Assembly: GCA_019057815.1 (NCBI GenBank)
Contig: JAHLWR010000018.1
Coordinates: 11,328-75,327 of the forward strand
Direction: 5' to 3'
Source: Candidatus Heimdallarchaeota archaeon
GTDB taxonomy: Archaea > Asgardarchaeota > Heimdallarchaeia > Heimdallarchaeales > Heimdallarchaeaceae
Length of the DNA: 64,000 bases
The position numbers were made by a program, and so were the translations under genes. Positions 30,198 to 39,730 of this stretch are shown here, one piece after another (the first letter of the stretch is position 1; every line of letters starts with the position of its first letter). The notes beneath the pieces were generated by a model. The model had not been told where the DNA came from and did not search any database. It worked only from the letters and a program-made list of their open reading frames with translations.

Positions 30198-32360
30198 TTA
30201 ATGATGATGATAATCAAAAAACTTCTTTACATTCTTGTATACTGCATCATTTTTAGGTTGAACAACCTTAAGATTTTGAGTCAACCACAGTGGAATGTGT
30301 TTTTTATAATAATATCTCGCAAAGCGATAATCTAGTAAAATCACAACCGCATAATCTTCCAAACTTCTTATTGGTCTCCCAGCAGCTTGTGAAGCTCTCG
30401 TTAATGCAGGAATATTATAACCAAATTCACGTCCTTTCGTCGGAAATTTACTTTCAAGATAATCAATCGAAGCATCTACAGTAGGACAAGGTTTTGCATA
30501 AGGAATACCAACAATTATTACTGTATGCATTTGTTCAGAAGGGTAATCACTTCCTTCTGATGCTCTACCACCTAACACCGAAAGTAATACTCCACCTGTT
30601 TTTCTTGCTTCGTTCTTGTATTTTAGAATTAACTCATCACTTTCTTTTGATGACATACCCTTCAAAGCGATGTAAAGGGGCTTTGAAACCACTTTTTCTA
30701 ATCCAGCATCTATAAGACTATTCATTATTGAATAACTTGCACAAAAGATTCCAACATTTTTTGGTGTTGCTTTAATAGCATCTTCAATCACCTTAACCAT
30801 TATTGAAAAAGTAACCTTATTTCTATCAGCTAATTTTGTAGAAACTTTATCAATAACAATAGTAAAAACATTTTCTTTATCATAAGGAGAGGGTAAAGAA
30901 ATCTCAAGTATTTCTCTATCTTGCAGTCCTATTAACGAAATATAAGATTCAATAGGATCTAAAGTCCCAGAGAGAGATACTGAACAATAAACTTTGGAGA
31001 AGATTTCTTCTGTTACTGTTCGTGGATCCAAAGATAATGAGAGGAGTGTAGGTTGTGAATCTCCTCTTTTTGATTGGTACATAGAAATAAAATGAGCATA
31101 ATCATGTCTATCCTTTGATTCTAAGAGATGTTCTAGATGCCTTGCAACTGCAGAAGAAAAAGCAATTGGAGCTTTGTTTCTTTTCGTCTGATCATTTTTA
31201 ATTTGCTCTCCCAATTTTCCAATAGCATTAACAACATTTGAGTTGATTTCCATTGTTGAGCGTTTTTCTACTTTCCTTAAGAAGTCATTTGGATCAATTC
31301 TTACTTCAACTTCTGGGTCGAGTTCTTTGGAACTATCTTTGAGAACAGAGGAAATGGCCTCCATGATATCATATTCTGCTCCTTGTTTGAATTTCAGAGC
31401 TTCGTCCATCGCACGATCCAGTGTAAAATTAGAAAGAGATGAGCTACTAGCATCTATAGCAGTAGAAGGTAAGTTGTGCGCTTCATCTATCACAACTATG
31501 ATATCAGATAAATCTTTTTCTAGACTATTGAGAAACGTTGTTCTAATGTGGGGATTGAAAAGATATTGATAACTAGCTGTGACAACATTGACCTCTTTTA
31601 CAAGGTTTTTAGATACTTCAAAGGGACAAACCTCTAGTGTTTCAGAAAGTTCCATCAAATCCTTGCTATCAAAAACTTGATTCTCCGTAATTTCCGCTAA
31701 TTTTTTTAATTTGTCTTTTTTTGCAAGATTGGCAAAATAAATGCATTTACCATCTTTCTTTAAATAACGGCATATTTCAGCAGCATTTGTTGAATCTGTT
31801 GAATATTTTTGTATGATAGGATGTAAACATAACTCTCTTCTTCCTCGAAGTGCGATTCCTGTTACAGGAGCTAATTGCTTTACCATTTTCAATTCAGAAA
31901 TAACTCTAGAAAGTTGTTGATGAGTTCTACAACAATAAACTATGGTTTTGTTTTCGTTTATGCTATATTGTAGAAGGGGTGATAATATAGCAATTGTTTT
32001 CCCTACACCATTTGCAGCTTGAACAATCGAATGAGCTTTTTTTTCGTAGCATTTTGAGATTATATCTATAATTTGCCTTTGAAGAGGTCTGATTTTGATA
32101 TATGGAAAGTAATATTCCCATGATTTGCTGTTTGTTGAAGATTGAGTCTTCTTTATTTCACCATCTTTGACTCTATAAAATTCATTGGTTTTTTCTATGC
32201 TAGGATTACTCTTCTTTGAAACATCACTGCTCTTCTTGATGAAACCGCATTTTGGGCACTTAACTTGTAATCTAGTAAATTCCAAGAGTTTACCACAATC
32301 AGGGCAGAATTCATAACCTTCAGTTTCAAGATACGCAATTTTTCGATTAGAATCAAACAT
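30198..32360 (-). CDS. xpd: XPD/Rad3 Fe-S DNA helicase with N-terminal zinc ribbon
   Basis: RPLQ Q-motif, GVGKT, CRTHQQL, Fe-S Cys (LC, C, C, CPF), DEAH, SGTL, SEGSD, QAAGRPIR. Confidence 0.93.
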   Translation of the reverse strand: MFDSNRKIAYLETEGYEFCPDCGKLLEFTRLQVKCPKCGFIKKSSDVSKKSNPSIEKTNEFYRVKDGEIKKTQSSTNSKSWEYYFPYIKIRPLQRQIIDIISKCYEKKAHSIVQAANGVGKTIAILSPLLQYSINENKTIVYCCRTHQQLSRVISELKMVKQLAPVTGIALRGRRELCLHPIIQKYSTDSTNAAEICRYLKKDGKCIYFANLAKKDKLKKLAEITENQVFDSKDLMELSETLEVCPFEVSKNLVKEVNVVTASYQYLFNPHIRTTFLNSLEKDLSDIIVVIDEAHNLPSTAIDASSSSLSNFTLDRAMDEALKFKQGAEYDIMEAISSVLKDSSKELDPEVEVRIDPNDFLRKVEKRSTMEINSNVVNAIGKLGEQIKNDQTKRNKAPIAFSSAVARHLEHLLESKDRHDYAHFISMYQSKRGDSQPTLLSLSLDPRTVTEEIFSKVYCSVSLSGTLDPIESYISLIGLQDREILEISLPSPYDKENVFTIVIDKVSTKLADRNKVTFSIMVKVIEDAIKATPKNVGIFCASYSIMNSLIDAGLEKVVSKPLYIALKGMSSKESDELILKYKNEARKTGGVLLSVLGGRASEGSDYPSEQMHTVIIVGIPYAKPCPTVDASIDYLESKFPTKGREFGYNIPALTRASQAAGRPIRSLEDYAVVILLDYRFARYYYKKHIPLWLTQNLKVVQPKNDAVYKNVKKFFDYHHH

Positions 32361-32521
32361 AGGCGTTGTTGCCTTTTTTATTTATTGTGATTAAAAGGTT
32401 TTGCACAAAACCTAATCTGTTGAAAAATTTTACCGAATTCACGTTACAAAGTGGTTATCAATTTAAATAAGATAAAAAAAACTAAGAAATCCTAACTTCA
32501 CAAATTCATCAGTTAGCAAGC

Positions 32522-32529
32522 TTTAAATA
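32522..32529 (+). promoter_or_regulatory. TATA box upstream of TPR gene
   Basis: TTTAAATA in a divergent intergenic region. Confidence 0.45.
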
Positions 32530-32646
32530 CAACAAATGTCATTATTTATTTCGAACCAGAAATAACTATAGAGAATCATATTAGAATCTAAAAAATATCA
32601 TTTGGATTCAAGGGGGTTCCACTGGAATTCAATAGTAACCTAGAGG

Positions 32647-34428
32647 TTGCTTATGTTGCATAAAGAAATGAAGCAAACAGATGAGGTCATGAATGATACC
32701 ACGTTATTAGTGGAAACTATATCATCTGAGATAATTCAAGCTACAACTAAAATTTATGCGTGTTACCTTCCAGGAGAGATAAATTCACTCCTGTTTATCT
32801 GGAAAGACGAAAATTTTCTTAGTAGTTTTATTCAACATTTTAGTGATCTCAAAAAAGCAATAAAAGACAACTTAACCAGCCTTCCTTATGACAAATCAGA
32901 TGAAATACTAATTGTTGCTAATCTACTTACAGAAATCCGCGAATATGATTTAGCAGTGAAAATATATCAAAACTTGCTAAAAAGTAAACCAGAAAACTAT
33001 TTTATTTGGGCAAATCTGATGACAATATACTTACATCAAGGGGATCACGTTAAATCAATGGAATGTTATATTTATCTTCCCCCCGAGTTTTTGGAACAAT
33101 CATCAAAGGAAAAGTTACATCCTGAATCAGATGCTTATCGTGTTCTTAATATCTCATCAGCCTACCCTTTACATTCGTCTCTTCGTTCTTTAAGCAATAG
33201 AATTCAAGAATCTACAGAAATGCAACAACAATACGAACAAGAATTGAGGGAACTCTACTCAATAAAAGAATTTGTAGAAGGACAAGAAGCATTATCTAAC
33301 GGGAATCCAAATGAAGCCCTAATATTATTATCAAGTGCAACTGCTAGCTACCCTGAAAGCCATATTCTTCACTATTTTACCGGGAAAGCAGCTTTTGAAG
33401 GCAAGCACTACATAATAGCTGAAGAAAACTTCAAAAAAGCTATTCAATTAAAAAATAATATACCGGAGTATTGGAATGGTCTAGCAGAATGTTCTTTTGC
33501 TCAGCATAAAAATGATCAAGCAATAAAAGCCTTAAAATCCTCATTAACGCTTGATCACGAGTATTCTACAGGATGGAAATTAGCAGGAAGGATGATTTCC
33601 ACAATCGAATCTCAGGGTGATTATGATTATTTCATTGAACAATTGCAATTGATGCCATCTGCTGAATCTATTGTAAAATTTGTTGAAGGCGTTATTGAAA
33701 GAAAAAGATTTGAAACAGCATTTGAAATATTACAAGCTGGAGTTCAAAAATTTCCAGATGATATCCGATTGTTAGAAAACTTAGGATTAGTTTATGAAAG
33801 AATGGGAATGGTTGATGATGCAATAAGCACATACGAAGAACTTCTACTCTCTGGTAAGTCTATTCAGAAATATTTGAAGAAAATAACTTCGATATTATCA
33901 GTTTTACATGATGACAAAAGATTAGTCAGAGTGCTTAAATTAGTCTCTTCATCACTACCTTGGGACGAATCAACACTGTGGAATAAGATAGGTGATCTTT
34001 TAATGAAAGCTAAAGATTACTTAGGAGCAAGCGAGGCTTTTAGAAAAGTAATATCTGTAACAGATGATGACCCTAAGATCTTATTCAATTTAGCTTTAGC
34101 CTATCAAGAATTAAGATTGTATAAGAAAGCTGAGGAGATATATCAAAGAGTATTGAATTTAAATCCTAATGACCATGCTACATTAAATAATCTAGGCAAT
34201 GTATTAAAGGAGCAAAAACGCTATGATGAAGCTATAGAGTGTTACCAGAAAGCAACTGATATCGAACCAAAGAAAGCGATTTCATGGGCTAATTTAGGTA
34301 TTCTATACGAAGAACTAAGACTAAAATCAGAAGCTAGAGAAAGTTATAACAAAGCAAAAAAAATAGCTATCCAAAACAAAGATTACAAATCAGCTGCAAA
34401 ATTTGAAGAATGGGAAAATTCAGTTTAA
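32647..34428 (+). CDS. Tetratricopeptide repeat protein
   Basis: Many TPR units (e.g. LNNLGNVL..QKRYDEAIECYQKA..IEP). Confidence 0.93.
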   Translation: MLMLHKEMKQTDEVMNDTTLLVETISSEIIQATTKIYACYLPGEINSLLFIWKDENFLSSFIQHFSDLKKAIKDNLTSLPYDKSDEILIVANLLTEIREYDLAVKIYQNLLKSKPENYFIWANLMTIYLHQGDHVKSMECYIYLPPEFLEQSSKEKLHPESDAYRVLNISSAYPLHSSLRSLSNRIQESTEMQQQYEQELRELYSIKEFVEGQEALSNGNPNEALILLSSATASYPESHILHYFTGKAAFEGKHYIIAEENFKKAIQLKNNIPEYWNGLAECSFAQHKNDQAIKALKSSLTLDHEYSTGWKLAGRMISTIESQGDYDYFIEQLQLMPSAESIVKFVEGVIERKRFETAFEILQAGVQKFPDDIRLLENLGLVYERMGMVDDAISTYEELLLSGKSIQKYLKKITSILSVLHDDKRLVRVLKLVSSSLPWDESTLWNKIGDLLMKAKDYLGASEAFRKVISVTDDDPKILFNLALAYQELRLYKKAEEIYQRVLNLNPNDHATLNNLGNVLKEQKRYDEAIECYQKATDIEPKKAISWANLGILYEELRLKSEARESYNKAKKIAIQNKDYKSAAKFEEWENSV

Positions 34429-34447
34429 ACATACATAGTGAACCTAA

Positions 34448-34981
34448 ATGCATGATACCGAGAAAAAAGAAAAACTTGATTGGCAATTAGCACAGGAAAA
34501 GATAGCTAAATATCTATCCGCAAATAATTTTTCAATCTGGGAGGAGAGAAAAATTGGTAAAAAAAGGGTTGATATACTTGCAAAACGAGTTATCAACGAT
34601 GTGATTTACTATTTAATTTTTGAAATAAAAAACTATAATAAGATATCTGCGAGCGAGGAAACAAAGTTCGAAGGACAATTATTAGAGTACTTAAAATCTC
34701 TTATCCTTAGAGAAAAGAAAAGAAAAAAACTGACAAATCTTTTAGATAAAAATATCTTTGTTGGATATTTGGTTTTTTCGAATGACTATGGTATATATCA
34801 TAATAGGCGAAAAAACTGGAGAAAAACTAATGTTTTTGAAGGAGATGAAGAATTAAAAACAATCTGGAAAAGAAATGTTCATCTTTTTTGCTCAACACCA
34901 GGTTACATTCAAAAAAACCTTGATAGTATAGGATTACAATTGTATAAACAGAAAAAAATACTTGATTTCTTTGATTCTTGA
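34448..34981 (+). CDS. PD-(D/E)xK restriction-endonuclease-like protein
   Basis: QEKI..YL, ERKIG.KRVDILA, IFEIK. Confidence 0.65.
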   Translation: MHDTEKKEKLDWQLAQEKIAKYLSANNFSIWEERKIGKKRVDILAKRVINDVIYYLIFEIKNYNKISASEETKFEGQLLEYLKSLILREKKRKKLTNLLDKNIFVGYLVFSNDYGIYHNRRKNWRKTNVFEGDEELKTIWKRNVHLFCSTPGYIQKNLDSIGLQLYKQKKILDFFDS

Positions 34982-35004
34982 ATTGAGAATAATAATTCAT
35001 AGGC

Positions 35005-35012
35005 TTTAAATA
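35005..35012 (+). promoter_or_regulatory. TATA box upstream of 2-phosphoglycerate kinase-like gene
   Basis: TTTAAATA in the intergenic region. Confidence 0.45.
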
Positions 35013-35080
35013 GAAGAATTCACACGATTTTATTGTATAATAAAAATAGTATTCTCGTTGAACTTTGAGATGATAGATAA

Positions 35081-35974
35081 ATGGTAGTTGAGCCTACAAT
35101 TTTCATAAAAGGAACTATTAACCGCTTATTTTCAAGGAGTTTTCTTGCGAAAAAGTTGGAATTAATTGGTTTTTCCATATCTGAAGGTTATCAATTTTCG
35201 AATCAAATTTACACAGATCTACTTAGATTAGAGAAAAAACAGTTGTCAAAAAGCTACTTCGATAAGTTTGTATATAATCATCTAAAAAAAAAGTATAATG
35301 AGAATATTGCAGAAAAGTATATTCTTATAGAAAATTGGTATGATTCAGGTATCCCACTATGGATTCTAATAACAGGAGCTAAAGGAGTAGGTAAAAGCAC
35401 ATTATCTAGACAAATTGCATCAGACCTAGGGATTCAACACATTATAGAAACTGATGTTGTAAGAGATGTTCTTCGTAAGATTCTTTCAGCAGAAGTTACT
35501 CCTGAACTTCATGCATCTACATATAACGCATATAAAAAACTTAGACCCATTTATAGTAGCAGATTTGATGAAGTGATAATAGGCTTTGAAAACCATGCAA
35601 AATTTGTTAACATGGGTGTTGATGCTGTTTTATCGAGAGCAGAAATTGAAAGTGTTTCTATAGTAGTCGAAGGAGAACATTTACTGCCAGCGTTTTTTGA
35701 TGAAATAATTCGAAAAAAAACAAATGTAATTTTTATAACTCTCGCTCTCTCTGATTCCGCACAACATCTTGAAAATTTGAACTCACAATACACTCAAGAA
35801 AAAGAGGATTTAATTAAACATTTTGAAGAAATTAGAAAAGTACATGATCACATTGTTAATGAAACTAAAATACGAAAACTCCCTATAGTGGAACTGGAAA
35901 GTAGCCAAAAACCTATTCAGCAAGTTCGAAAACTTATTGTTGATAAAATAATTTCAATAGTTTCAACGAAATAG
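35081..35974 (+). CDS. 2-phosphoglycerate kinase family protein
   Basis: FSRSFLA N-terminus, GAKGVGKS, TDVVRDVLR, PELHAS, VEGEHL. Confidence 0.85.
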   Translation: MVVEPTIFIKGTINRLFSRSFLAKKLELIGFSISEGYQFSNQIYTDLLRLEKKQLSKSYFDKFVYNHLKKKYNENIAEKYILIENWYDSGIPLWILITGAKGVGKSTLSRQIASDLGIQHIIETDVVRDVLRKILSAEVTPELHASTYNAYKKLRPIYSSRFDEVIIGFENHAKFVNMGVDAVLSRAEIESVSIVVEGEHLLPAFFDEIIRKKTNVIFITLALSDSAQHLENLNSQYTQEKEDLIKHFEEIRKVHDHIVNETKIRKLPIVELESSQKPIQQVRKLIVDKIISIVSTK

Positions 35975-36008
35975 AAATTTTTTAAAACTCACTCAAAAAT
36001 AATAAATA

Positions 36009-36063
36009 GCCTGTGATGTTATTGCAACGAGCTGAATGATGATGATCGACTTTTGACTGAGGC
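36009..36063 (+). ncRNA. Box C/D 2'-O-methylation guide sRNA (dual guide)
   Basis: GCC terminal stem; C box GTGATGT (36013-19); 12-nt guide; D' CTGA (36032-35); C' ATGATGA (36039-45); 11-nt guide; D CTGA (36057-60); closing GGC. Canonical archaeal size and spacing, fully intergenic. Confidence 0.85.
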
Positions 36064-36082
36064 ACTATATTGAGAGATTACC

Positions 36083-36355
36083 ATGCCAAAATATTGCTAT
36101 TACCACCCAGAAACAGAAGCTTTTAAAGAATGTGAAAACTGTGGGAAAATTCTGTGCTATAAATGTTCAATGTCTTACTGGAAAACCAACGCTCTTTCCT
36201 CAATGTTTGCTGCTCAAAAAAATGAAAAAGAAAAACTTACTTTATGTCCTTTATGTCTAAGGAAATCCAGAATTCGAAATGCAGTAATTTCAGGGTTATT
36301 ATTAATTCTAGTACTTGGTATCATTGCGGGTAGTATATTTTTTGCTGTTGTGTAA
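36083..36355 (+). CDS. Small B-box-like zinc-finger protein with C-terminal TM
   Basis: CYYHP..A..CENCGK.LC.KC...LCPLC, then a hydrophobic tail. Confidence 0.75.
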   Translation: MPKYCYYHPETEAFKECENCGKILCYKCSMSYWKTNALSSMFAAQKNEKEKLTLCPLCLRKSRIRNAVISGLLLILVLGIIAGSIFFAVV

Positions 36356-36368
36356 AAATAAAATATCG

Positions 36369-37334
36369 TTACTTTTTTGTATTATCGTTAGATTTTTCAT
36401 TAATTTTCTCTTTTCCTTGAGAATTTTCTTTAGTATCAGTCTCAATATCCTCTTGATCTTTTATTTCTTCTATAATTTTTTCAATTTCCTCTTTCAAATC
36501 TGCTTGACATATGGGGCATTCAGTGAAATTACTCGATATAACGGAAGCACATGAAGGGCATACAGTCGGATAGAATTCTTCACTATCCCAATCATAAGAG
36601 TAGGCCTTTTTCCCCCAAGTTTTGTCTCTCCACTTCCTTAGGTCTATATCTCCTTCTTCGTCCATAAATTCTCGAAGATCAATTGATGTTGAACTTACTA
36701 AACGCTTGGAAATTAACCTTTGATATAACCAGGTGAATAATGGGTAGAGAATAATATGCGAAATTAGAAAAATTGTAAAACCTGGTGTTAAGGCTAGTTT
36801 GAGGTCATTCACAACAATGGGTAAGAGGAACGTGAGAATGATAGAACTTACAGCAAAAACAATTATTTCAGTTAAAGTAAAAACTATAAGTGAAACCGAA
36901 ACAATTTTACTGAAGTCTTTGACTAGAATCTTTATCTTTGTTTTAGTTGGTAGAGGAGCTAAATCCAACTTCAAATATTTTATATTCCTACAGAAGTCAC
37001 CCCAATATGTTTTAGTTATAAGAAAAGAGAGGAATGTTGTTAGTAAGATAAGGGGAATAAACAGTAAGAATGTTGCCCAGTACCTACTAGTGAAAATTCT
37101 TAGAAAAATTACAACTGTACTAAATTTATCTGCAAAATCAGTTTCAGCTTGTTTTAAAAGAGGATACATACTCCCTGAAACTGCAATGGAAAAAAAGACA
37201 AAATAAAAGAAAGAAGTAGCTACAACTAATAAATTTCCTAAAACATAATTTTTTTTCTCTAGAGCTTTTTCTTGCTTATCCCACAAATAGACTGGTTGTA
37301 ATATTTCCGGCATTCTACTTGAAATTACTAACAA
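36369..37334 (-). CDS. Four-TM membrane protein with C-terminal zinc ribbon
   Basis: Hydrophobic helices; CPSC...CPIC; charged tail. Confidence 0.75.
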   Translation of the reverse strand: MLVISSRMPEILQPVYLWDKQEKALEKKNYVLGNLLVVATSFFYFVFFSIAVSGSMYPLLKQAETDFADKFSTVVIFLRIFTSRYWATFLLFIPLILLTTFLSFLITKTYWGDFCRNIKYLKLDLAPLPTKTKIKILVKDFSKIVSVSLIVFTLTEIIVFAVSSIILTFLLPIVVNDLKLALTPGFTIFLISHIILYPLFTWLYQRLISKRLVSSTSIDLREFMDEEGDIDLRKWRDKTWGKKAYSYDWDSEEFYPTVCPSCASVISSNFTECPICQADLKEEIEKIIEEIKDQEDIETDTKENSQGKEKINEKSNDNTKK

Positions 37335-37409
37335 GGATTACAAAAACTTATCTCCTTACTATTCTGTTAAAATAGATTTTTAAACTGTGTAACGTTTCTG
37401 AATCAAACA

Positions 37410-38414
37410 ATGATATCAATAGGAATAGAGAGCTCAGCAGACAAATTAGGTATAGGAATAATAACTAATAAAGGAGACATTCTCGCTAATGTAAAAGAAA
37501 CATACAAACCTCCTCATGGGAGCGGAATCCATCCAAGAGAAGCAGCTGAGTTTCATTCCATTAATATTGCTGATGCAATTGGGAGAGCTCTGAAAGAAGC
37601 AAAAATAGCCTCAGAAATGATAGATTTAGTATCTTTTACAAAAGGACCAGGTTTAGGACCATGTCTCCGGGTTGGGGCCGTTGCGGCTCGAACTTTATCT
37701 TTAGCGATAAATAAACCTTTGATAGCTGTTAATCATCCTATTGCTCATGTGGAAATAGGTAGATATGTTGGAAATTTGGAAGATCCAGTCGTTCTTTATG
37801 TTTCTGGAGGTAATACACAAATTATTGCATATTCTAACGGGAGATATAGAGTTTTTGGGGAAACCTTAGATATTCCTATAGGAAACTGTTTAGATGTTTT
37901 TGGAAGAAATGCTGGTTTGAGCGACGCAAAACATCCAATGGGAAGAGTTGTTGAATTGGAAGCCTTGAAAGGAAAAAAGTATATTTCCATCCCTTATGTG
38001 ATAAAAGGTATGGATGTCTCATTTTCAGGAATTCTAACTCACGTATCTAAACTTCTACAAAATGGTTCTCACACTATACAAGATCTATCATTTAGTTTGC
38101 AAGAAACTGTATTTGCGATGCTAGTTGAAGTTACAGAAAGAGTTTTAGCTCACACAAAGAAGAATGAAGTTATGGTTACAGGTGGTGTAGCTTCTAATAA
38201 TCGCTTGAAAGATATGCTAGAACATATGGCTTCTTCACATGGTGCACGTTTCAAGGGTTTAAATGCAGATTTAGCTATAGATAATGGTGTGATGATAGCT
38301 TGGTTAGGAATTTTAATGTTTCAATCTGGAATAAGAACAAAAATTGAAGATACTCTTATAGATCAGCATTTTAGACCGGAGGATGTAGAAGTCAGCTGGA
38401 GAGAATCCGCTTGA
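37410..38414 (+). CDS. kae1: KEOPS tRNA threonylcarbamoyltransferase Kae1
   Basis: GIESSADK, GIHPREAA, GPGLGPCL, VNHPIAHVE, SGGNTQ, DNG.MIAW. Confidence 0.97.
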   Translation: MISIGIESSADKLGIGIITNKGDILANVKETYKPPHGSGIHPREAAEFHSINIADAIGRALKEAKIASEMIDLVSFTKGPGLGPCLRVGAVAARTLSLAINKPLIAVNHPIAHVEIGRYVGNLEDPVVLYVSGGNTQIIAYSNGRYRVFGETLDIPIGNCLDVFGRNAGLSDAKHPMGRVVELEALKGKKYISIPYVIKGMDVSFSGILTHVSKLLQNGSHTIQDLSFSLQETVFAMLVEVTERVLAHTKKNEVMVTGGVASNNRLKDMLEHMASSHGARFKGLNADLAIDNGVMIAWLGILMFQSGIRTKIEDTLIDQHFRPEDVEVSWRESA

Positions 38415-39730
38415 CAAGCAATCCTAAAGCAATTTTAATTGATTTACAAAAGAAAAATTTCTACAGCTTAACCCCATTAATCGCAACCATTGATAGAGAT
38501 GAAAGGTTGAGGAATTTAGATTTAAAAACATTTGAAAGTTTGAATTCGCAAATTCTAAAAAACCATCTAAATAAATATGATGAAATTGTTGTAGCTATAT
38601 CTTTCAGGTCAGCTCAGTTAACAGAAATTTATAATCAAATGAAGCAATTTTATGATAAACTTTCTTACTCAGAAATTAGAAAAATTACCTTCATTGCTGG
38701 TGGGAGTCATCCATCTGGGGATCCTTTAAACACCCTCAAAATGGGGTTCGATTATGCTTTTATTGGTGAAGCAGAATATTCATTGTCAGACTTTCTTAAT
38801 AGATTCTTAGAAAAAAGAGATTTAAAAGCAACTCCAGGTGTTGCATATTTAGATGATAATAGAGAGACAGTAAAAAATCCCAACCCTCCATTGATTGATT
38901 TGAATGAATATCCTTTGGTTTCTCTGAAAAGAGGATTGTACCCTCCACTTGAAATTACTCGTGGATGTTCATTTGGTTGTAAATTCTGTCAAGTACCAAA
39001 ATTATATCATCACAATGTACGTCATAGATCTCCAAATGTTGTTGTAAATACTGTAAAATGGATGATTTCCAGAAAATTGAATGATATTCGCTTTATAACC
39101 CCAAATTCATTTGGATATATGTCTAAAAGTCCACGTTCTGTCAACAAAGAAGCAATCTTACGGCTATTATCATCAATTTCATCATTGGAAGGTATAAGAA
39201 GTGTTTATTTTGGAACTTTCCCAGGAGAAGTTAGACCTGAGACAGTCACAGAAGACTTAGTTTCTGCTGTTAAAAACCTTATAACAAACAGAAGAATTTC
39301 TATTGGTCTTCAGTCAGGAAGTGAAAAAGTTCTACAAAAAATAAAGCGAGGTCATTCAGTAGAAGAAGGAATAAAGGCAGTTAACATTTTAATTTCTGAA
39401 GGATTCCAGCCAATTGTGGATTTCATTTTTGGACTTCCTGGAGCATCTGAACAAGACGAGATTGAGTCTATAAATCTTATTGAATATTTAGTAAAAGAGA
39501 ATGCCATTATACGAGCACATGTTTTCATGCCTTTACCAGGTACGGATTTCGAAAATGAAACATATGGAAGAGTACCTAATAAAATACGTAAAAAATTAGG
39601 TTTACTAACGAAAGAAGGAAAAATAGAAGGTAATTGGGCTACCCAAGAAAAGTATGTTGAAGAAGCTTGGAAAACAGCAAAAGCGGTATCCCAAAATCCA
39701 ATTATTAAGAGAGAAGATAATCACAACTAA
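38411..39730 (+). CDS. B12-binding radical SAM protein (TIGR04013/MJ1487-like)
   Basis: AGGSHPSG, GEAE, EITRGCSFGCKFCQ, FITPN, FPGEVRPE, IGLQSGS, HVFMPLPGT. Confidence 0.85.
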   Translation: MTSNPKAILIDLQKKNFYSLTPLIATIDRDERLRNLDLKTFESLNSQILKNHLNKYDEIVVAISFRSAQLTEIYNQMKQFYDKLSYSEIRKITFIAGGSHPSGDPLNTLKMGFDYAFIGEAEYSLSDFLNRFLEKRDLKATPGVAYLDDNRETVKNPNPPLIDLNEYPLVSLKRGLYPPLEITRGCSFGCKFCQVPKLYHHNVRHRSPNVVVNTVKWMISRKLNDIRFITPNSFGYMSKSPRSVNKEAILRLLSSISSLEGIRSVYFGTFPGEVRPETVTEDLVSAVKNLITNRRISIGLQSGSEKVLQKIKRGHSVEEGIKAVNILISEGFQPIVDFIFGLPGASEQDEIESINLIEYLVKENAIIRAHVFMPLPGTDFENETYGRVPNKIRKKLGLLTKEGKIEGNWATQEKYVEEAWKTAKAVSQNPIIKREDNHN

